From an uncultured Gammaproteobacteria bacterium (GTDB lineage Bacteria; Patescibacteriota; Microgenomatia; Daviesbacterales; UBA10151): a DNA stretch of 52,738 nucleotides. The stretch's first letter is position 1, and every line of letters starts with the position of its first letter. Positions 1 through 9,278 of the stretch are shown piece by piece. The translations under genes and the position numbers were made by a program. The notes beneath the pieces are model-generated. The model did no database searches, was not told the DNA's origin, and saw nothing but the letters and a program-made list of their open reading frames with translations. The stretch covers positions 41,387 to 94,124 of the forward strand of contig CAZYPW010000005.1 of assembly GCA_964649615.1 (NCBI GenBank). Reading direction: 5' to 3'.

Positions 1-2110
1 AATCCAGGATGGAGGCAGAGGAGACATTTAAGGATGAACCTATTCCTACATTACCTGTTAAATCTGAGAATCCATTAACCCTTAGACCACCTTGGGCAAA
101 GCTTAACCCTGATACATTAAGGGAGGCCCCTATTCCTGTATTTCCAGCAAGGTTTGATATGCCAGATACATTTAAGGTTGACAGTGCTGCTGCTGAGGTG
201 ACAGTTAAGGATTGTCCTATCCCTACATTACCAGAGACATTTAAACTACTGCCTATTCCCACAAAATCAGAAAAGTATCCTGTACCATTAACTCTTAAGT
301 TATAATCAGGCAAGGTGGTTCCTATCCCTACATTACCATTTGAGTCTATCCTTAATCTGTCTGCTCCTCCTGTTGCAAAACTTAACAAATTATCTCCTGG
401 CCTGTAAATACCTGTGTCTGTATCATTGATGAAAGCCAGGGCTGGAGAAGAGGCTGATCCATCAGGCAAAAGAAGGGATGAGGTAGAGGTAGTTGATCCA
501 TCTACTGTTAAGGTTCCAGTAATCCTGGTATTACCCCAGACATCTAATTTATTAGAAGAGGTAGTAGCCCCCAGCCCTAAATTTCCTGCTGAGGTTACAA
601 AGAGCCCATTAGCACCTGAATTAATTTGTAGTTGAGTATCAGGAGAAGTAGTCCCAATTCCTACTCTGTTATTTGAGCTGTCTACAAACAAAGTATTGGT
701 ATCTATGGTGGTATCACCTGATACAGTTAAGGTGGAAGATAATGTGGTGGCACCAGTAATTCCCAGTGTTCCACCTATGGTAGCATTACTGGTAATATTT
801 CCAGTCCCTACTACATGAAGCTTAGTTGATGGGGAAATAGTTCCTAACCCCACATTACCAGATGCATCAATGGTAATGCCTTGTCCTGCAGTACCTCCAG
901 TGATTAAGGCTATGTTGTTTGCTCCAATTCGATATAGTCCGCTGTCAGTATCATCTGTAAAAGCTAACCCTGGAGCAGAAGCTGTACCATCTGAAATCAG
1001 CACTACTCCTGAAAAAGAAGGGGAGGATTTGGCAGAAAGAGTGATAGATCCTCCAAGTGAGACTGTGCCACCGCCTGTTAAATTAGTCCCTGCTGTAACG
1101 GTTACAGCAGAATTTGACAGAGCAGAGTTAGGGATATTAGTGAAGGTATTAGCACTTCCTGAGAGAGATTTATTAGTTAAGGTTTGGGTGGTATCAGTTC
1201 CAACCAGGGTGGTTGTTGCTCCTGGCAGGGTAAACTGAAACCCTCCAGATGTAATCTGAGCGTTGCTAGCAGACAAAGTTAAAGAAGAAAAAGTTGGAGA
1301 AGAAGTAGTTGATACATTTTGATCTAATGTAGCATTATTTGTTACTGTTAATGTGGTATCTCCAGAGGTAGCAATGATGTTTGAGGAGGAAGGAGTAGCT
1401 TCTAACTTCAAGTTATTTATTAACCCAGTTACAAAAAGTGAGCTATTTATTTGGGTATCAGTATTTACTTCTAAAAACTGAGAACTGGCTGTTTCAGCCA
1501 GGACATCTGAATCGTTTATCGTTAATTGTTTATCGTTAATCGGTAATGGGGGTGGGGGATCAGGTTTAAGATCAAGGGGGATGAAACCCAGCTCCTCTGC
1601 TTTCTTAGGACTAATTATCCCAATACTATCCTGAGCTAGTTTATCTAAAGGAGCAAGAAGAGCTGAAGCTATATTTCCCTTCATGAATTGTTTGGTAGTA
1701 TCAGGAGAAGTTAGGTAGGAAGCTACAATTCCTGCAACAGTTATTAAAACAAGAGAAGAGAAAACTCCTCCTGTTATGAGGAAATTAGTAAGAAAAGTTT
1801 TTTTGACGATAGATGGTAGAGGATTGATAGTGGATAGATCTTCTACTTCTATATTCCATTTTCTACCATCTATTGGCTGCTCTTCTGTTTTCTTTAATAG
1901 CTCCTCAGTAGTTTGGACTCTAGCTTGATGGTCTGCAACTGATTTTGGATTAATTGCACTTAGAGAATCTAGTGAATATAGCCTGGTACCACCTGGAGTT
2001 CTAATAGCAGTAATCTTGCCAGCTCTTTCCCATCTTCTTAAGGTATCAATGGAGACTTTAAGTATCTTGGAAGCTTGGCCTATTTTAACAAAATCAGACG
2101 GTTTTTGCAT
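1..2110 (-). CDS. Large membrane-anchored surface/tail-fibre-like repeat protein with N-terminal MerR/excisionase-type HTH; runs off the window (3' partial)
   Basis: Hand translation from ATG 2110 stays open to base 1: MQKPSDFVKIGQASKILKVSIDTLRRWERAGKITAIRTPGGTRLY (HTH), a hydrophobic segment, then many G-N-V-G-I-G repeats. Absent from the ORF track because its stop is outside the window. Confidence 0.85.
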   Translation of the reverse strand, partial: MQKPSDFVKIGQASKILKVSIDTLRRWERAGKITAIRTPGGTRLYSLDSLSAINPKSVADHQARVQTTEELLKKTEEQPIDGRKWNIEVEDLSTINPLPSIVKKTFLTNFLITGGVFSSLVLITVAGIVASYLTSPDTTKQFMKGNIASALLAPLDKLAQDSIGIISPKKAEELGFIPLDLKPDPPPPLPINDKQLTINDSDVLAETASSQFLEVNTDTQINSSLFVTGLINNLKLEATPSSSNIIATSGDTTLTVTNNATLDQNVSTTSSPTFSSLTLSASNAQITSGGFQFTLPGATTTLVGTDTTQTLTNKSLSGSANTFTNIPNSALSNSAVTVTAGTNLTGGGTVSLGGSITLSAKSSPSFSGVVLISDGTASAPGLAFTDDTDSGLYRIGANNIALITGGTAGQGITIDASGNVGLGTISPSTKLHVVGTGNITSNATIGGTLGITGATTLSSTLTVSGDTTIDTNTLFVDSSNNRVGIGTTSPDTQLQINSGANGLFVTSAGNLGLGATTSSNKLDVWGNTRITGTLTVDGSTTSTSSLLLPDGSASSPALAFINDTDTGIYRPGDNLLSFATGGADRLRIDSNGNVGIGTTLPDYNLRVNGTGYFSDFVGIGSSLNVSGNVGIGQSLTVTSAAALSTLNVSGISNLAGNTGIGASLNVSGLSFAQGGLRVNGFSDLTGNVGIGSSLNVSSASILD

Positions 2111-2214
2111 AGATTCTAAGGTGGGAGCCGTCTGTCCCCCTAAAATCTATGCAAATCTGCTTATTGTGCATAGATTCTTAATCCATCGTACATAGATCTG
2201 CATAGATTTGTCAA
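2104..2214 (-). promoter_or_regulatory. Sigma70-like promoter with repeated TGCATAGATT boxes
   Basis: Minus strand TTGACA (2209-2214), 18 bp, TACGAT (2185-2190); TGCATAGATT at 2106, 2167, 2199, variant at 2189, inverted copy 2144-2153. Confidence 0.6.
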
Positions 2215-2242
2215 GGGGTTATTATAATAGTAAAGGGAGAAT

Positions 2243-2332
2243 TTAAAGTTCAAAATTCAAAATGCAAAATGACAATTAAAAATTTAAAATTTTAAACTGC
2301 AACTTTTAACTTTTCATTTTACACTTTTAACT
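2243..2332. repeat. Heptamer-repeat palindrome after atpC
   Basis: ttaaagttcaaaattcaaaatgcaaaat ... aacttttaacttttcattttacacttttaac; overlaps the atpC stop. Confidence 0.8.
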
Positions 2333-2595
2333 TGTTCTTGGGGCTGAATATAAGTATAAATATCTACTTTATTTTGCTGGACATAGATGATGGCTACTGG
2401 AAATTTAAAGGTTAAAGCTTTTTGGCCTTTAATCCTGATAATAATTGGTTGGTTTTCAATCACAGTGATAAAATTGGCGTGTTCAGATAAGATATCAAAA
2501 GAACCCTGGGAGTTCTTGGAAGAAACCGAATCTGCATTTGTATCAAGAATGAGCTGTTGGGGAGAGATGATACGGACATGTAAGGTTTGATTCAT
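2314..2595 (-). CDS. atpC: F1 ATPase epsilon subunit (N-terminal domain only)
   Basis: LHVRIISP...VSSKNSQGSFDILSEHANFIT matches the epsilon beta-sandwich; last gene of the atp operon. Confidence 0.8.
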   Translation of the reverse strand: MNQTLHVRIISPQQLILDTNADSVSSKNSQGSFDILSEHANFITVIENQPIIIRIKGQKALTFKFPVAIIYVQQNKVDIYTYIQPQEQVKSVK

Positions 2596-2676
2596 AATTC
2601 AAAACTCAAAAATCAAAAGTCAAAAGTTCAAGTAAAAAGACTAAAAGTTTTTACTTTTTAACTTTTACCTTTTAAC
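2596..2676. repeat. Heptamer-repeat palindrome filling the atpD-atpC gap
   Basis: aattcaaaactcaaaaatcaaaagtcaaaag ... tttttactttttaacttttaccttttaac. Confidence 0.85.
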
Positions 2677-4109
<1,433 letters not shown>

Positions 4110-4949
4110 TTATTGCATCCCTCCTTTCCTGCTAGATAAAGATCCGGCATAATTTTCCAAAATTTGGTTATTAATTAAGCTTCTTTTTAAGTAAGCCTTA
4201 ATTTTTTGGGATTCTTTAATAAACTTATTAGCTTCTGTTTCTGCCTGATCCATGGAAATAAACCTGGAGGCAGTCCTGGAAACCTCAGATTCTAAAAAAG
4301 TTTCTTCCAAAAGCAGGGTTAGAATTTGATTATCAAAAAAATCTAATACTTTGCTAAGTTCTGGTTCAAAGATGAATTTAATTTTTTCTTCCTCTTTTGA
4401 GCTAGCTGGGATTTGAGCCACTTTAGCAATATCTGTATAGGTGGGATCTTGGATTAATAAGGTTCTCAGCTTAGAAAAAAAGATTAGCACTTGGTTGTAA
4501 TTTTTTAAACTGGCTACCAAAGCAGTTAGCTCAGAGGCATTAGGCTGGTCTTTGGCTAGAATAACTTCCTGAAGTGATCCAAAATCTTTACTTTTCCTAA
4601 AATAAGCTTGGGCTGTTTTGCCAATAATAATTCTATCTGTTTTAAGTTCTTTGGTTTTTTCAATGTAATAATCTATTAAATCAGAATTAATATCACCATA
4701 AAATCTATAATTAGAAGTGATAATGATGCTTAAGGTTTGGGTGGGTTTGGAGATGCTGATATTGCGCTTTAGGGCTAAAGCCCGAATCAAGCTAAAAACC
4801 TGGGAGATTTCTTGAAAAAACTCCCTGTTTCTTTCCAGGTTTACCCTTAAGAGTTTGATTTTTTGGTTGGCAATTTCAGAATAGGCCTGCGCTACCATTT
4901 TAAATGAATAACCCTCTTCAATTAATTGGTCAACTTCTTTAATAGTCAT
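4110..4949 (-). CDS. atpG: F1 ATPase gamma subunit (divergent)
   Basis: Position between alpha and beta; IITSNYRFYGDINS, FIFEPEL, SRTASRFISMDQAETEA motifs. Confidence 0.85.
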   Translation of the reverse strand: MTIKEVDQLIEEGYSFKMVAQAYSEIANQKIKLLRVNLERNREFFQEISQVFSLIRALALKRNISISKPTQTLSIIITSNYRFYGDINSDLIDYYIEKTKELKTDRIIIGKTAQAYFRKSKDFGSLQEVILAKDQPNASELTALVASLKNYNQVLIFFSKLRTLLIQDPTYTDIAKVAQIPASSKEEEKIKFIFEPELSKVLDFFDNQILTLLLEETFLESEVSRTASRFISMDQAETEANKFIKESQKIKAYLKRSLINNQILENYAGSLSSRKGGMQ

Positions 4950-4954
4950 TAATT

Positions 4955-5369
4955 AATCTCAAATCTGAGATCTTAAATGTCAAATCTACATCTAAAATCT
5001 CAAAACTTCTTCCTCCCTTTTAAAGTTAATACACTTGATCCTAACATATTGCTTATTTCGTTAGCCTCTAAGAGTAATTCCGCACATTCTGTTTTTAAAT
5101 TAGGATAAGAATCTCTCAATAGACAAATCCAATACTTAGTCTCATTAGCAGATTTTAAATCTATTTCATAAAATTTGATGAAATCTTTCCTGCTTGAAGC
5201 TGCTTGAGCTTCTATCATATTTGCTCCAATAGACCAGAAAGCCCTTTTATCAGGTAAATTATTCACAAAACTAATAATCTCTAAAGAAAATCTATAAGCA
5301 CGTAACTTTACATCATTAGATTTTAGATTTGAATTGTAGTTTTGCGTTTTGCGTTTTGAGTTTTGAGAT
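4955..5369 (-). mobile_element. Putative full mini-element: heptamer arms (4955-5008, 5321-5369) enclosing a four-helix-bundle gene
   Basis: Arms match the two halves of ORF-less palindromes at 43363-43465, 48829-48930 and 30366-30474; mobility is inferred. Confidence 0.6.
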
Positions 5370-5374
5370 ATCAT
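5000..5374 (-). CDS. Four helix bundle protein (TIGR02436 / 23S rRNA IVP family), probably internally deleted
   Basis: SIGANMIEAQAASSRKDFIKFYEIDLKSANETKYW family motif; ATG 5374 overlaps the atpA stop (ATGA). Confidence 0.85.
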   Translation of the reverse strand: MISQNSKRKTQNYNSNLKSNDVKLRAYRFSLEIISFVNNLPDKRAFWSIGANMIEAQAASSRKDFIKFYEIDLKSANETKYWICLLRDSYPNLKTECAELLLEANEISNMLGSSVLTLKGRKKF

Positions 5375-6822
5375 GGGCATAATTTGGCCAAGACTGGCTT
5401 GACTCCTTCTAACATTTTAATTAGTTCATCATCAGTATCAACTTTACTGTAAGTTTTAGCAATCTCTATTAGTTGAGGTTCCTCCAAAAAGGCCTTAACT
5501 AGAACTTTTTTGTATTTTTCCATAAACTCTTTGCTTTTATCCTGGAAAAAGGTGGTGAAAGGAAGCGCTAAAAGGGCTACTTGGATGCCTTTGGGGATGG
5601 GGGTGAAGGGTTCTTGTTTTAACACTTCCAAGATCAAATCTCTTCTTTTTAAAATCAGTTGGGTTTCAGGAGATAATTCTGAGGAAAATCTGGCAATGGT
5701 CTCTAAATCTGCTGCAGCAGACAAAACCTGCCTCACTCTTGTTGAGAGCAAATTTGAAACCTGCTCCTGAGTTTGCCTTCCCACCCTGGAAACAGAGAGT
5801 GAAATATCAATAGCTGGGGTTTGGCCTTGGGATCTCATAGAGGCTTTAAACAACAGATGGCCATCTGTCATAGACATGAGATTGGTGGGAATAAAGGTGG
5901 TAAAATCATTTAAATTTAATTCAATCGCAGGCAGGGCAGTGATTGAACCTCCACCAAAAGCTTTTAAAAAATTCCCTGCCCTCTCCAAGAGATGTGCATG
6001 CTGGTAAAAGATGTCTCCAGGGTAAGATTCCCTTCCCGGGGCCTTATTACCAAGCAGGGCAATTTCCCTATAAATTTTAGCATGGGCTCCTAAATCATCT
6101 AAAATCAAAAGGACATCATGGCCTTTTTTTTGAAAATATTCAGCTACTGAAAAAGCTGTTTTAGGAGTTAAAAAAATTAAAGGAGCAGGTTCAGAAGAGG
6201 AGGTAGCTATCACAATAGTGTAATATAGGGCTCCATTAGCAGCCAGCACATCTATTAAATTTCTCACACTCACTGCTGGCTTGCCTATTGAAGCATATAT
6301 ACAAACCACTCCAGTCCCTTTTTGATTAATGATAATGTCAATTAGAAACTGAGTTTTACCAGAGTGGGCATCTCCCATAATCAGCTCCCTTTGCCCCAAT
6401 CCTATGGGAATAATGGTATCAATTACAGTAATGCCAGTTAAAAATTGCTCATGAATATATTCTCTGCTTTCAATTCCAGGCGCACTTCTTTCCAGCTCTA
6501 AAATCTGGACATTTTTGGAGTTGGTTAAAGGTCCTTTGCCATCAATTGGCAGCCCTAGTGGATTAATGCTTCTGGTCAATAGAAATTCACCAACTGGAAT
6601 GCCCAGGCGGTTAGGCAGTCTTTTAAAGGTTTGGCCTGGTTCAATTTTAGCCTCATCAAGCATTAAAACCTCAATAGAAGTTTCAGATAGGGAATTAACC
6701 CAGCCCCGAGCCCCATTATCTGCCTCAACCATGTCGTTAATGCGTACAGTAGGCAGCCCATCTACATGGACCAGGAAATCCCGGACAGATACAGCAAAAC
6801 CAACTTCTTGCCCATTATTCAT
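5371..6822 (-). CDS. atpA: F1 ATPase alpha subunit
   Basis: GQRELIMGDAHSGKT, PGRESYPGDIFYQHAHLLERA, ISLSVSRVG. Confidence 0.95.
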   Translation of the reverse strand: MNNGQEVGFAVSVRDFLVHVDGLPTVRINDMVEADNGARGWVNSLSETSIEVLMLDEAKIEPGQTFKRLPNRLGIPVGEFLLTRSINPLGLPIDGKGPLTNSKNVQILELERSAPGIESREYIHEQFLTGITVIDTIIPIGLGQRELIMGDAHSGKTQFLIDIIINQKGTGVVCIYASIGKPAVSVRNLIDVLAANGALYYTIVIATSSSEPAPLIFLTPKTAFSVAEYFQKKGHDVLLILDDLGAHAKIYREIALLGNKAPGRESYPGDIFYQHAHLLERAGNFLKAFGGGSITALPAIELNLNDFTTFIPTNLMSMTDGHLLFKASMRSQGQTPAIDISLSVSRVGRQTQEQVSNLLSTRVRQVLSAAADLETIARFSSELSPETQLILKRRDLILEVLKQEPFTPIPKGIQVALLALPFTTFFQDKSKEFMEKYKKVLVKAFLEEPQLIEIAKTYSKVDTDDELIKMLEGVKPVLAKLCP

Positions 6823-6823
6823 A

Positions 6824-7300
6824 CTATCTTAAAAATTTCTTAAAGCTTTGCAAGATAACTTCTTTTCTCTCTTCAATTCTGGCCTTCAAGGAGTAATCCT
6901 TATAAACTCCATTCCAAACTAGGGAACATCCAGCTATTAACTTTAAGTCAAATTTTAAATCAATCAATTTGAAGGAGTTAAAGTTTTTTCTATAATACTC
7001 TCCAAGCTCAGTAATTAGTTCATCAGGGGGATTGAAGGCTAAATTTAAGGCCAAAGTAGGAGTTTGTTTTAGTTTAGATTCTAAAAAGGAAAATGTTTCC
7101 TCAAGGTTTGCAGGGGTAAATTGTTGAAAAAAAGTTTCAGGCAGCAGTTTCAGCCACTTTAAATCCTCAGCAGTTGGTTCAATTAAAATAGCCCCCCCAT
7201 AAAATTTTTGGGCAAAGTTGCTCTTTAAAATTCTCAATCTGTGTTTAAATTGAAAAACAGTATAAGTTTTTCCCAATATAGCCTCAAATATTTGATCCAT
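6824..7300 (-). CDS. atpH: ATP synthase delta-like subunit
   Basis: C-terminal DLKLIAGCSLVWNGVYKDYSL resembles the delta/OSCP motif; sits before atpA. Confidence 0.7.
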   Translation of the reverse strand: MDQIFEAILGKTYTVFQFKHRLRILKSNFAQKFYGGAILIEPTAEDLKWLKLLPETFFQQFTPANLEETFSFLESKLKQTPTLALNLAFNPPDELITELGEYYRKNFNSFKLIDLKFDLKLIAGCSLVWNGVYKDYSLKARIEERKEVILQSFKKFLR

Positions 7301-7303
7301 AAT

Positions 7304-7990
7304 TTAACTTAAGAATTTCTCACCCTTGGCTTTTTCTAAGGCCTCATAAATGAGATCAAGCTGGTCTTTTAAAGAGAGTTTTTTACCCAAAACCACACTC
7401 AAAGTTTGTTCCATAATTGCTAAAATATTTTCATCAACAGCTTTAAGCTGGGCATTTTTATAATTCTCTAATAGTTCTTTGGCAGCCTTAATTTCCAGAT
7501 CAATAGAAGAAAGGGTTTTTTGTTCAGTGGAGACTAAAAAATCAGATAATCTTTCTTCCATCCTGCCAAAGATTTGGTTAATTCTGGCTTTAGTTTCTTC
7601 CTGGGAAAATTTTTCCAGCTCTTGAGCCTGCCTTTGGAGCTGCTGGATAAAGGCTAATAAACTATTTTGAGCTTCACTAACAGAAATTTGGGATTGTTTA
7701 GCTATCTCATCTAATCTTTTTTTATATTCACCTTCTAATTTAGCAGTTTCAACTTTAGTATCAGCTACCACTTTTACTCCCTCAAGTTCAGCCTGGCCTA
7801 AAATATCCTGGGATTTTTTATAAGACTGTTGTAAAGCCTCCAATCCTTTTTCCCTGAATTGGCCAATGATTTTCTGGCCTTCTTTTTCTAATGATTGCCT
7901 CCTGTTATATTCCCTAAGGTAGAGGAAAATCCCTGCCAGGGTGGTGATAGATAGTATTATGGTGGGTAAACTAATGGGCAGTTCGGGCAT
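7304..7990 (-). CDS. atpF: ATP synthase b-like subunit (one TM helix plus coiled coil)
   Basis: Single N-terminal TM, long charged coiled coil, operon position; low sequence-level certainty. Confidence 0.55.
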   Translation of the reverse strand: MPELPISLPTIILSITTLAGIFLYLREYNRRQSLEKEGQKIIGQFREKGLEALQQSYKKSQDILGQAELEGVKVVADTKVETAKLEGEYKKRLDEIAKQSQISVSEAQNSLLAFIQQLQRQAQELEKFSQEETKARINQIFGRMEERLSDFLVSTEQKTLSSIDLEIKAAKELLENYKNAQLKAVDENILAIMEQTLSVVLGKKLSLKDQLDLIYEALEKAKGEKFLS

Positions 7991-8004
7991 GATTTGATAA
8001 TAGC

Positions 8005-8077
8005 AAGTTTAAAGTGTAAAATGCAAAGTGTAAAATAACAAGGTAAATATTAAAAATTTTGATTTTTGATTTTTGAT

Positions 8078-8080
<3 letters not shown>
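8005..8080. repeat. Heptamer-repeat palindrome upstream of atpF
   Basis: aagtttaaagtgtaaaatgcaaagtgtaaaat ... aattttgatttttgatttttgattt. Confidence 0.8.
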
Positions 8081-8950
<870 letters not shown>

Positions 8951-9016
8951 CTACTTTTATATCAATAGCTCAAAATATATAAAAGCTCATCAATATAATT
9001 ACCGCAGGAGCTTAAG

Positions 9017-9050
9017 TTAGGGGTATAGGGTATAGGGTTAGGATTTAGGC
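9017..9050. repeat. Heptamer tandem repeat (TAGGGTA)
   Basis: gttagggtatagggtatagggttaggatttagg. Confidence 0.65.
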
Positions 9051-9129
9051 TGGATCAGAATATATATTAAGTATATCAATTATAACTAAGATGAATTTCA
9101 ATTAGCTTGTGAAAAGAAGGTGTGAAACG

Positions 9130-9232
9130 GTATTAGGTAGTATATATTAAGTATTATGGGAAGATAAGATTTAAACCTTTTAGACGAAGTCGCAAGCTTC
9201 GCTTAATACCTAATACTTGATACTTAATACTT
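9130..9232. repeat. Heptamer palindrome (AGTATTA/TAATACT) enclosing a 42-bp dispersed repeat
   Basis: gtattagg..attaagtatta ... taatacctaatacttgatacttaatact; 9168-9209 matches 26625-26666 at 40/42. Confidence 0.75.
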
Positions 9233-9278
9233 GTTCAGTAGATTGAACGAGCTCGTATCTTATGCTAAGATCGAAGTT

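Noticed and set aside
9-1238. Plus-strand ORFs 9-305, 414-635 and 870-1238
   Set aside because: Antisense shadows of the long minus-strand ORF 1-2110.
5000-5374. Diversity-generating retroelement (Avd-like fold)
   Set aside because: No reverse transcriptase or TR/VR pair seen in the window.
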